NCBI GenBank assembly: GCA_002269645.1 | Contig: NIVC01004670.1 | Coordinates: forward strand, 1 to 38,504 | Origin: Macrostomum lignano | Taxonomy: Eukaryota | Direction: 5' to 3' | Length of the DNA: 38,504 nt | Shown here: positions 1 to 10,712 of the stretch, piece by piece | How the letters are laid out: each line of letters opens with the position of its first letter | Numbering within the stretch: position 1 is the first letter of the stretch | Translations under genes and position numbers: made by a program | Notes under the pieces: generated by a model | Seen by the model: only the letters and a program-made list of their open reading frames with translations | What the model was told of the DNA's origin: nothing | Databases searched by the model: none

Positions 1-320
1 ACATCACCTGCAACCTCACCTGCAACCTCACCTGCAACATCACCTGCAACATCTCCTGCAACATCACCTGCAACATCACCTGCAACCTCACCTGCAACCT
101 CACCTGCAACATCACCTGCAACATCTCCTGCAACATCACCTGCAACATCACCTGCAACATCACCTGCAACATCACCTGCAACCTCACCTGCAACCTCACC
201 TGCAACATCACCTGCAACATCACCTGCAACATCACCTGCAACCTCACCTGCAACATCACCTGCAACATCACCTGCAACATCACCTGCAACCTCACCTGCA
301 ACCTCACCTGCAACCTCACC
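1..320. repeat. 12-bp tandem repeat (ACATCACCTGCA/ACCTCACCTGCA), ~27 copies, truncated by the window edge; intronic in the anoctamin gene
   Basis: Unit read directly; ends 40 nt before the acceptor TTTTTCTGCAG at 360. Confidence 0.97.
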
Positions 321-360
321 CAAAATGTCACCTGGGGCTTCATCATCAATTTTTCTGCAG

Positions 361-653
361 CTGTTCGGCTCCGCCTGCTTCCTGGCCCCGGTGGCCGCTC
401 TCGTCGCGCTCACAGTGGACCTCCGCCTGGACGCCAGCCGCCTTCTCCTCCGGTACCGCCGCCCGCTGCCCCGGCCGTCCCAGGGCCTCGGCATCTGGGC
501 GGCATTCTGGACTGCCTGAGCTACGCTGGCGTGTTCAGCACAGCCGCCATCCTGGCCTTCACGTCGGACAGTCTGTCCGTTTTTGTCCGATTGCAGGACC
601 TCAGTGAGGACCGACGGGTTCTGTACAGACTGGTGCTGTTCATCGCCTTTGTG
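361..653 (+). CDS. Anoctamin/TMEM16 family exon (TM7 end to TM10), with an apparent 1-nt deletion near 496-503
   Basis: Acceptor CTGCAG/361, donor 653/GTGAGT. LFGSACFLAPVAALVALTVDLRLDASRLLLRYRRPLPRPSQGLGIW then, after a frame change, ILDCLSYAGVFSTAAILAFTSD...RLVLFIAFV. This matches the family pattern FPLAP..EIRLDA.K..RRP....IGIW..IL......NAF..AFTSD. 293 nt + 1 = 98 codons. Confidence 0.85.
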
Positions 654-907
654 GTGAGTGACTGCCCTTTGTCTTGTGTGGTTGACACACAAGATGGGCC
701 ACTTTCTATTGCGACTGTAGGTAACGAGCCGCTGACTACTGACAAAATTGCGACTTCAGTAGCATCGTGCTTTCGGTAGCCCCAACGAGTTTTACATGGA
801 CTGACTTCTGTGACCACGCAAGCAGTTAATGAGTGGCCCGCTTTGCATAGGCGTGTAAAATCCTTGATTTCCGCTCATGAGCGTCAGCTAACCTACTTTA
901 ATTGCAG

Positions 908-988
908 AGCGCCACTCTGTCGTTAAAGTTTCTGCTCATTGTCGCCATCAGGGGACCGTCCACGAAGCTCAAGATGCAGCTGAAGTGG
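908..988 (+). CDS. Anoctamin exon (end of TM10 and start of the C-terminal helix)
   Basis: TTGCAG/908 and 988/GTGAGT, 81 nt, phase 0-0. SATLSLKFLLIVAIRGPSTKLKMQLKW resembles the family KF.I...IPD.P......IKRE segment. Confidence 0.7.
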
Positions 989-1262
989 GTGAGTTGGGCT
1001 GATTCAACTCTTGACACTTTTTGTCAGCTCCATTGATGCATGTTGACTCTTCGTGGAAGAAATTACCGCCGTTCCTCTCATTTTGCTTCCACTTCATTCG
1101 ATTCGAAGGAGTACTGGGCAGTCCCGAAAATTCTGGCGTACGAACGAGTGTCGACGATGTAGTGAAGAAGCTGGAGAAGTAAGTTGTGTGAGTAGCTTAC
1201 GAATAGAAGCTGAGATCAGAAAGTTGAGACTTGCAAAACCTGTTGAACCGCAGAATCCGCAG

Positions 1263-1355
1263 CGCGAACGAGTGGTTCCGGTCCTCACTGCCCTGCTGCC
1301 CGGGCGCTCGCGGGAGCGGCCGGAAACCGACGGTGGAGGCCATGGCCTGAGCTGA
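1263..1355 (+). CDS. Candidate terminal exon of the anoctamin
   Basis: CCGCAG/1263 in phase 0, RERVVPVLTALL...GLS-stop. Acceptor choice uncertain (1254 is also possible). Confidence 0.4.
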   Translation, partial: RERVVPVLTALLPGRSRERPETDGGGHGLS

Positions 1356-1998
1356 ACATTAGCGAACCAAAACCGCCTATACTACTGCTACTGACGATTT
1401 TTCAGTAGTACATTACAATTTAAACGTTTTCAATTTGACTTTAATTTCTTGGCACAAAAAGGAAACTCCTAATGAGATCGTTGAAAATTCTGAATTTCCT
1501 TTTCGCCTCAATAACTCAATTTGTTGATTAACTGTTTTTTCTTGTGGTAAAGTACATTTTAACAAACGGAAGAATATATTTACAATTATGTATTGGTAAA
1601 AAACTAACAATATATTTAACCAAAACAGTCCTCCAGTGAATAATTAACCGAGGAAAATGCTTCGAACTCTTCCCAGTTCGTGTGCTTCACCGCCTTTCAC
1701 CAGGAAATGAGCCTGGACTTCGCCGCCGGCTCTGAAGGAAAAAGTACTCAAAAGCACTCGCAAGCTTTGCATGCTCGCTTGGCTGCGTCTGGCTCTGACT
1801 GCTATCCGAGTCGGCTCGGGGATGTGGGGGTCGGGCGGGACCTCCGACTGGCACTTGGGCCACCGCCTAGTTGGCTGAGCCACCAAATTATTCATGAGAC
1901 AGCGGGGCCAACTTAGCAGTTGCCGAGGCGCTGTGGCAGTTCGGCCTGAGTGGCCAAGTGGCCAAGTGATTAATATCCGGCTGGCACTCTGAATGTGT

Positions 1999-2002
<4 letters not shown>

Positions 2003-2034
<32 letters not shown>
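2003..2034. repeat. (CT)n microsatellite
   Basis: Read directly. Confidence 0.95.
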
Positions 2035-2037
<3 letters not shown>

Positions 2038-2609
2038 GAAGCTATTTACGAGCGTAAACTGTCTTTGGGAGACGATAAACTAGTAAACTATTATAATCAA
2101 CTCAGCACTGAGGGCGGTGTCTGTAGCAGTGCAGACTGTAAATGAGTCCAATGGTGCATTCTACTCTGACTCTACTCAGTATTAAATCTTTTTTTCAGCG
2201 AGCCAACCGAAATACAAAACACTTTATATAGCGTTGCAGCGTTGCTATTATTCTTTTTATTGCCCTGTCTACACACACTTGAGCGTCCCTGCAAAGCTGA
2301 CTTTGATCCCAGTAGCTCCTGGGGTCTCTGTGCCAATGGTGATCGGCCTGAAAACGCACAACTACTGCTGTGCCTTAGCTAGTATTTCTGTAGTCCGGGA
2401 CAAACAAAGCTAGTCTCACACCGTCAATGAGCCATCAATGAGAAACGCGAAAATATGTGCAAGCCGTGTGATCAACGGGAAATCTGTTTCATCTGATGGC
2501 AGCTGGAACGAGCCTTCAGAGTTGGAAACAGTCGGTGCTTTTAGCTACCTGGCAGCAGATACCAGGAAGGAAGAGATTTTTGCACCATCGTCCATTCAGA
2601 CGCGCCGGC

Positions 2610-3228
2610 TCAAGCAGTCCTGCAGCAGCACCGGCACAGCCGCTGCCTGTACAGCCGCAGCAGCTCAGCCCTGAACTTGTCATTCACCAGCGCGTACAAG
2701 AAAAAGTTCAACGAGGCGTTCAAGTAGAAAAATCGGTGCAGCGGCGAGTCCGGAATGAGCCGGAAGTTGATGAGCAGCATGGGCAGCATGCTGGCGTAGA
2801 ACAGCAGGCTGGCAGCGAACAGCATCAGGGCGAGCCTCCGGGGAAACCAGAAGCCACTGGCGGCCGCTGCGTCTGGCTGGCCGTCAGCGTGGCCCGCCAG
2901 CGGTTCGGCCGCGTTGGACAGCGCACGCAGAGTCCCGGCCGTCTGCTCCCGGCGAGCCGACCTTCGCCGCTCCTTGACCGCCACGAAGGCGAACAGCCGG
3001 ATGTACAGGGCCAGTACTGCCAGCAGCGAGGCGGCTCCGAGGACCCCGTACAGGCGCAGCAGGTTGGTTTCCACCCACAGCTTCACGCGGCAGCGGTCCT
3101 CACTGAGGTAGTGCGCCAGCGTGGCCGCAGACTCGAGCGCCAGAAGGGCGCCCGCGCCACCCGCCAGCGCCACCAGCGTTGTGCGCAGTCGGAGGCCGGA
3201 CTGGCGGGCACGCACGATGCTCAGGTAT
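2610..3228 (-). CDS. Orphan rhodopsin-class GPCR, exon 2 (DRY completion, TM4-TM7, Cys-rich tail)
   Basis: Acceptor CTTCACTCGCAG/A TAC CTG completes R-Y-L. Hydrophobic TM4-7, TM7 NASLNFFLY, helix 8 NDKFRAEL, tail LCRCCC, stop at 2610. Confidence 0.85.
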
Positions 3229-4385
3229 CTGCGAGTGAAGGAGTGATTAGCGACGTTGCTGATACGGTTTTTCTTCCTCCTTTCTGACGCAACTGACAAC
3301 TCTGACACCAGCTTGGCACCCCTGACAGCCTTTTTCCTCTATTGGGTTGCTCACTCAATTGTTGGTGGCGTTCGCAAGTGGGTAAAGAGCCAAGCAAGAA
3401 CCCTTCGAAATTAAACTCTACAACGGCATCAATGCTAACGAATGAGCTTGTAAAATGACAGAAAAATGGGTTCGAGGCTTAACTAGGAAGCATGGCGCCT
3501 CCTTTTTAGTAGGAAGCCTGATGGGAGCAGCTCCAAGGCGCTCCTGTAAATGTCTAGGGTGCAATGACAGGAGCCACTAAGTTGTGCAAAGGAAACATCT
3601 CATGAACTAATTTGGTTCGTAGCATGCGATTAAGTTGTGACAGGCCGTCTGATCAAACCTAAGGGACTCCCCAACGGGCGAGCGCGAGTTGGCTTCAATC
3701 CGCTGGCCGGACTGAGCTTCGATTCTGAGCGGAGGTCGCGTCAAGAAGCGTCGACAGTCCGTCCCTAAACTTCCCAAGTACTGCTCCCAAGCCCAGTACA
3801 ATTCCGAAAGTAGTAAATCAAATACGCGAACTTACTGGCGATGATCAACTCAGTGGATAGCTTTCGGTAGAAATTATTCTGTTTGATGGCCTAGTTTAAG
3901 TTGCAAGACCGCGCGCCTCCTGCTCACCGCCAGCGATTCTCATTGTATTTAGGCTGCCTGGCGTAAGCCCTAGGGTCCCACGCCAGACAGCATTAGCACA
4001 AACAATCCACCCCAAGCCAATCGCGACCAAGGACCACTAGGAACATTTCGTTATATCTAGTCTAGTAGTCCTTGATCGCGACACGCCAGAGGGTCAAAAA
4101 TACAATATGTAACAACCTCAGCCAATCAAAAGATAATGGGGAGGGGGTTGGCGCAGACAACGCGGGGCAGGGGGTGATGTAAACAACTGGAACGGGGGCG
4201 AAAACAACTGCAAAGGGGGTTTGGCATTTGCTGAAAGAGGGCACAAACACTTTAGGGGAGGGGGGTAAGAGTGCAGCGCCGGGCCCACCTGCCTGAGAGT
4301 CCAAGATCGCTCATCAGTGCAAGAGCAGCCCGGCACAACAATTATTTATAAAACACACGCATGCCTGGGGATTAACAACGCCCAC

Positions 4386-4786
4386 CTGTCCACCGCGACG
4401 AGAACGAGGATCCAGGCCTCCATGGCGAAGGCGGCGTAGCGCGAGGACAGAATCAGCGAGCTCAGCCAGTGGTTGACCGGCCGGACTTGCAGCTGGCGCG
4501 CGGCGGCCTCCTGTTGCTGGCTGGCCAGGTAGTCGGTGAACACTCGGTAGCAGTCCGTGGGCAGCACCACCCCGCAGATGAGCAGGTCCATGCACGACAG
4601 CACGATCACCAGGAACCGGAGGCTGCGCTCCCGGCCGACGGAGCCAACAAAGACCATGATCACGTGACCGTTGCCCAGCAGGCCGAGCAGGCCCAGCGCA
4701 GAGTAGAAGAGCAGCGACCCGACGGCCACCAGGCGAGTCTCGGGCAGCGAGTGCTCGGTGCACATGGAGTTCGTGGCGTTGCCCAT
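4386..4786 (-). CDS. Orphan rhodopsin-class GPCR, exon 1 (N-terminus, TM1-TM3)
   Basis: MGNATNS (N-glycosylation sequon), TM1 GLLGN, TM2 LSCMDLL, TM3 ...VAVD-AG/GTGGG, a phase-2 donor that joins exon 2 as DRY. 401+619 nt = 339 aa + stop. Confidence 0.87.
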
Positions 4787-6462
4787 GCCTGAGCAGGATT
4801 TGGGCGCCTCTCAGCAGCAAGTGGCTCTGCGAGCGGAGAAGCCAGCTTTTATCAGCTGTCTGCAACAGAACTCCAAGGCGATTGGCTGCTGCGGGTGGGG
4901 AGTGGCCTGAGTTTCTTGAACCCCGAGCTTTAGCTTCTCTCTGCGCCTGTCTGAACATGTCTACTGTAAATACTCGGATTAAGTCACGGCTGCACACAGA
5001 TCTGTGCCGGCCTGGTTGGCTGGGATTCCGTGGTCGGATTGAAACTGATTGATTCTCCTGGCCAAGCCCGACGGATCAGGCTGTCTGCAGTCACACAGCT
5101 GAACCACGGGACAGCAAAAATGTGCTTGGAGCTCAAATTCTCCGTAGCCCAAATTTTAAAGTCCCTCGCGTGGACTCTGAATGCAAATTTTGCCTGCAGG
5201 GATCCCAGAGCTCTCTATCTGATTGATATTTTCTCTTTCTGCGTGCTCCAAGCAAAACATTGATCCCCACTTTGGGACAGCCCTGTGAGCAGCTGCGCCG
5301 CCAGGCCCTGGCACTGATTGCAGCTGCGCTGATTCCGGCCGCCTGTCCGAGGGGCAATCGCATTGGGCCGTTTCCTCCCTGCCGCAGCTCCCTGCCTGCC
5401 TCTAATTAATCCGATGTCGCACTTCCGCATCAGCGTCCTTGCCTCGTAAATTTGTGAGCACAGATGCAGCAGTGACTCATGAGTGTTTTAGCGGCCCCTC
5501 TTTTGCTCTGTCCGTTAAGCCTGATGGCCAAATTGAAACCTGAGCCTTCTGATGCTCCTGGCTCATGCAGGTCTTCGGACTGAGTCTCTTTCTTAGCCAG
5601 GCCCCAAGTGTACATGTACACTGATTAAAGTACATGCTGATTGCTGTGGTACTGGCAGGTGGCCTGAATTAGGCCAGGGTCAGAGTTTTATGAGCTGTGC
5701 AGTGCGCAGGGGCGTCAAGTATTGCCGAACTGAAATTGGTGCAGGCGGCCTGAGACTGGCCGAAAACAGGAGCATTGTGCGTGCTAGCGGTGATGAAGCA
5801 CGGAGACAGGGCAATGCACAAGTTCTGTTTGCGTTTCACTACTGCAACAGTAGTGCATGAAGAAACCGATGTTTTCAAAAAATCTAATTATTATTTTTAT
5901 TTTACAGAACACTTCCAAAAACGAATGGATTCTTGCTAAAAACAACTCCAGCTTTTTCATAGACCGCGTTTGCGAAGTCGGACACCTGGCTTCCATTCTG
6001 CTGAAAAAGCGGCGTTCTTCCAAAACCAGCAAGCTTTAGCTCGAGAATTTCCTGTTGGCAAAAGCGATTCCTCCAGCTCAGAGAGCCGCAGCTTTTTCCC
6101 AGGCAACTGCAGCGCAAACACCTGCGGCTTTCCGAACAGACCTGCCTGGGCTGCACAGGTGATTAGCGACTCATCGAGTCCGGTTGGGCAGCAGCCGCCT
6201 TTGAGGCCGCACGCACCGCCTGCTCCTCCGGGTCTCCAGTTTCCAAGCGGGTATTTTTGTCAGCTGAAGCTGCGGGCTCTCAGCTGCAGGCGCTCCGAGC
6301 TGCGCCTTCGCGCGTCCCTGCGTCACAGACACACTGCTTCGGGGAGCTGCTCACTCAGCCGCTGACTCAGGCACCCGGCTGACCGTGGCGCTGGCAGCCC
6401 CTCTGCCTCTCAGCTGCCTTTTTCACTCTTCCCGACTCTGTGGCTGCCCGCTCTGCCCCTGT

Positions 6463-7470
6463 ATGCCCCTCCTCCGGATCTGCTCCTCTTCATCTCATAT
6501 CTCCCTTCCCATGCCCCTCCTCCGGATCTGCTCCTCTTCATCTCATATCTCCCTTCCCATGCCCCTCCTCCGGATCTGCTCCTCTTCATCTCATATCTCC
6601 CTTCCCATGCCCCTCCTCCGGATCTGCTCCTCTTCATCTCATATCTCCCTTCCCATGACCCTCCTCCGGATCTGCTCCTCTTCATCTCATATCTCCCTTC
6701 CCATGCCCCTTCTCCGGATCTGCTCCTCTTCATCTCATATCTCCCTTCCCATGCCCCTCCTCCGGATCTGCTCCTCTTCATCTCATATCTCCCTTCCCAT
6801 GCCCCTTCTCCGGATCTGCTCCTCTTCATCTCATATCTCCCTTCCCATGCCCCTCCTCCGGATCTGCTCCTCTTCATCTCATATCTCCCTTCCCATGCCC
6901 CTCCTCCGGATCTGCTCCTCTTCATCTCATATCTCCCTTCCCATGCCCCTCCTCCGGATCTGCTCCTCTTCATCTCATATCTCCCTTCCCATGCCCCTCC
7001 TCCGGATCTGCTCCTCTTCATCTCATATCTCCCTTCCCATGCCCCTCCTCCGGATCTGCTCCTCTTCATCTCATATCTCCCTTCCCATGCCCCTCCTCCG
7101 GATCTGCTCCTCTTCATCTCATATCTCCCTTCCCATGCCCCTTCTCTGGATCTGCTCCCTTCATCTCATATCTCCCTTCCCATGCCCCTCCTCCGGATCT
7201 GCTCCTCTTCATCTCATATCTCCCTTCCCATGCCCCTCCTCCGGATCTGCTCCTCTTCATCTCATATCTCCCTTCCCATGCCCCTCCTCCGGATCTGCTC
7301 CTCTTCATCTCATATCTCCCTTCCCATGCCCCTTCTCTGGATCTGCTCCCTTCATCTCATATCTCCCTTCCCATGCCCCTCCTCCGGATCTGCTCCTCTT
7401 CATCTCATATCTCCCTTCCCATGCCCCTCCTCCGGATCTGCTCCTCTTCATCTCATATCTCCCTTCCCTT
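6463..7470. repeat. 48-bp minisatellite (ATGCCCCTCCTCCGGATCTGCTCCTCTTCATCTCATATCTCCCTTCCC), ~21 copies
   Basis: Read directly; gives the periodic 16-aa ORFs. Confidence 0.97.
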
Positions 7471-8168
7471 GCCCCTCTCTCCCTCTACTTTGTTTTCTTG
7501 TTAAACTCCCTAAAATTTCCCATCAAAGACAATAGCATTTCTTGCTCAGCAATAAATTTATCCAGCAATTTATGAGGCAGTGAATTCATTCGTTTATGAG
7601 AAGTTAATGCAATCAACCGGGATTCTGTCACAGTGCTCACTCACCCGATGGGGCACAGAGCTGCTCACTGCCTGCTTCATCTTCTCCCCCTCGAGTCTCT
7701 CCTTTCGTTGAGTTGCCGCAGCTCAGCTTCGAGGCGGTCGTCTCCGCTGGCCCGCTGCTAATTACATGCGCTGCCCCCCTTTCCTTTGTAGCCGGGGCAC
7801 CTGGCCAGTCCCGGACACGGCTCCTAATCTCGAATCCCACCCCCCCCCCCAGAAAGGCTGCAGGGAAGCCGCAGATGTAGCAAAGTCGCGGCAAAGCGGA
7901 TTCAGAGACACGCGGGAGTCGGGACTGATGAGGCAGAGAGAGGCGACCGGGGAGTTCTAGAGAGAGTGGGGAGCAGAAGGTGCAGCCTGGCCCGATTCTG
8001 CAGCTTCAGGCCATGGGAACTCGCTGTGTGCAGCCCGCCTGTGAGAGCGGGAGTTTGTTTATGGCTGAACGAACTCTCGGGAAGGTGCGAAATAAACTGA
8101 ACTGAGTGAACTCAAAATGCGCTTTTAATTATTTAAATTCCCTGCCGATTTAACCTGCCCTGCCGATA

Positions 8169-8381
8169 CAACTGCCGCACTGTCCGGGAAATTCGATGGG
8201 GAACTGGGGATTGCATAAGACAACTGCCGCACTGTCGGGAAATTCGATGGGGAACTGGGGATTGCATAAGACAACTGCCGCACTGTCGGGAAATTCGATG
8301 GGGAACTGGGGATTGCATAAGACAACTGCCGCACTGTCCGGGAAATTCGATGGGGAACTGGGGATTGCATAAGACAACTGC
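8169..8381. repeat. 51/52-bp tandem repeat, 4 copies plus a stub
   Basis: CAACTGCCGCACTGTC(C)GGGAAATTC... starts at 8169, 8221, 8272, 8323 and 8375. Confidence 0.93.
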
Positions 8382-8817
8382 CCCGACCAGTTGCAGCTCC
8401 GCTTCCCGTCCAGAAGTCTTGGTCAAAGCGTCCCTGGACCGGACGGAGGCTCCGGGCTCGCGGGGACAATGCGACCTGCATGGGAGGGGAGAAAAGTTGC
8501 TCCGAGGCAGGGGGGGGGGCAGCTGCAGGCATGCCGCGAATCAGTGCCCGGGATAGGAGGGCGGCAGCGGCAGCCCTATAAGTGAGTCGCTCCACTCAAA
8601 TTCAGCCCTTTCTGTTGTGTCCGAGTCCCGCGATCCTTCACTCAAGGGCCGGCCTGCGAGCGAAGTGCAAAGAAGCCGAGGCCCCGAGCTGCCCCCGCCT
8701 TCTGCCTCTTTATACTCATCTCGGGTTCCCTCGGGGATAACACGCAGCTGCGGACCCCGGCTTCCCTGCTCAGAGCTACTCAGCCTAATTCGGCCTTGGC
8801 TCGAGTCCCCCTTCGCA

Positions 8818-8914
8818 ATGAGCAGCGCCAGCGGCAGCGGCAGCGGCGGCCACGAAAATAAAAAGCCGCTGTTCGGACTGCTGCCGTCATTTCGTCGGAG
8901 AAAGTCCAAGTCCA

Positions 8915-8947
<33 letters not shown>

Positions 8948-10093
8948 AGCAGCAGCAGCAGCATCAGAAGGAACAGGGCAAGCAGCCGTCCCCGCAACCA
9001 GAGCGGAAGAGTCTCTTCGACCGAAGCGCGGATTTGGACGCGACCGAGTTCGAGTTCGGGCAGACCTACGAGCACCGCGGCAACGTGCAGGGCGTGTACT
9101 ACAGCTACCTGGCTGCCGAGGAGTTCGGCTCGCCCTACGTGCAGAGTCACGAGGACTTCCGCACCAGCAGCCTGTCGCTGGAGTTCTCAGAGCGCGACGT
9201 GGTGATGCCGGACCGGGACGCCCGCTTCTCCTTCAAGACTCTGCAAAGTCGCGGCAACAGCGGCGTATCGGCGCGCGGCGATCGGCGCAGCTCGTGCCGG
9301 CGCGAGTCGACTGAGGGAAGCGGCGGATCGGCGCGCGGCGAGCGTCGGCGCAGCTCGTGCAGACGCGAGTCAACCGAGGGCGGCGCCAGCTCCGGTGGGG
9401 GCTCCGGCAGCCGCCGCTGCTCAGAAGTGGACGTGGAGCAGATCCGGGCCACTCTGTTCCCCGTGGACCCGCGTGAGTGCCAGTTCCAAGCCACTCAGGA
9501 GCTCGCGCAGCTGGTGAAGGACATCAGCGAGCAGCTCAGCCTCAGCAGCTGCGACAGCGAAGAGGAGGGTGAGGAGGGGACGAGCAGCACCTGCCGAGCT
9601 GCAGAGCGGGCGGACCGGGCTGTCCAGGAGTTCTTCACCAGCGCTAACTTGGACAGCTGCCTGGAGGCGGGGCCTGAGTGCCCGGCTACTGGCGACGAGT
9701 TTTCTATGCCACCGGAGCTGGAGGATAAAGCGCCGGACGAGCGCTCTGCCGCACCGGAGCTGGAGGATAAAGCGCCGGACGAGCGCTCTGCCGCACCGGA
9801 GCTGGAGAATAAAGCGCCGGACGAGCGCTCTGCCGCACCGGAGCTGGAGGATAAAGCGCCGGACGAGCGCCCTGCCGCACCGGAGCTGGAGGATAAAGCG
9901 CCGGACGAGCGCCCTGCCGCACCGGAGCTGGAGGATAAAGCGCCGGACGAGCGCCCTGCCGCAGCGGAGCTGGAGGATAAAGCGCCGGACGAGCGCCCTG
10001 CCGCAGCGGATGAGGACAGAGAAGGCCAGGATTTCAGCTGCAGCAGTCCAAATGATTTCAAAGCAGCTCAGCAGGGGTGCGGAAGTACGGCAG
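8818..10093 (+). CDS. Probable exon 1 of the stonin gene (disordered N-terminus with poly-Q and 7x14-aa repeat); alternatively a stand-alone ORF ending at 10113
   Basis: Long GC-rich ORF 8617-10113 with first ATG at 8818. A phase-1 donor G/GTCAGC at 10093 matches the phase-1 acceptor at 10712. No recognisable domain in this part. Confidence 0.6.
9712..10005 (+). repeat. In-frame 42-bp coding minisatellite, 7 copies (PELEDKAPDER[S/P]AA)
   Basis: Read directly in DNA and in the ORF translation. Confidence 0.95.
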
Positions 10094-10712
10094 GTCAGCT
10101 GCAGCTGGACTAGATGAATTCCCGCTTTCCACAAACTGTTTTCGCGCACTGTTTGCTTCGCAAAAAATAGACTCACACGAGTTCTGAGCTTCTCAAACAG
10201 CTTGAGTGGCTGAAACAGAGCAGCTGGATTTTACTAAACTTTTTCAACCAGCCTGATGCGGAAGGGAATCTGTAAGAAAGGCTGAAGCCTGTCAAAGGAT
10301 TCTGGGCATGAAGCTCCGGGGATCGATCAGGGCTCAGGCTAAGAGGTGCGGGGCAGGAAGATTGGGGTGGCCGGATGCATCAGCTGATTCCTAAGCCTCG
10401 AGATGGAGAGTGAATTAGAAGGTGGTCGGCAAAAATGAAACGCGGAGTGCGGAGAGCGGTGGCCGTCCCGCTTCACGCCTGAGCTGCCCCAGCTGCCTGG
10501 AGCGGCTTGATGAGGCGGCGGAGGGAACAGCGGAGAGAATTTTTATGGTAGGCTGGCGTAAGCAGGAGGGCGGAATGTAAATTAGCTGGGACGGGCTGAC
10601 GAGTCCTTCAAGTCTTTAATAAGCAGGCAGAGTTGCCATGGGGCAATGTCTGACGGCCTGACTGACCTAGAAAAATGACTGCAAGCGGCTGAACCCCCCT
10701 CTCCCTCCGCAG

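Noticed and set aside
4346-4386. DRW variant of the GPCR DRY motif in the ORF track
   Set aside because: Read-through into the intron; the phase-2 splice to 3228 restores DRY.
5607-5622. 16-bp perfect palindrome AGTGTACATGTACACT and other TACATGTA motifs
   Set aside because: A low-complexity motif that recurs several times in the window with no associated element boundaries.
5030-6380. Short ORFs and an exon-like segment (about 6101-6157) between the GPCR and the 48-bp array
   Set aside because: No recognisable protein motifs or phase-consistent partner exons; may be UTR or promoter sequence.
6385-7575. Long ORFs over tandem arrays (also 15851-16829, 20063-20690, 21416-23959, 30804-31400, 32334-32783, 36098-36907)
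   Set aside because: They arise from stop-free repeat units; most lie inside introns defined by flanking conserved exons.
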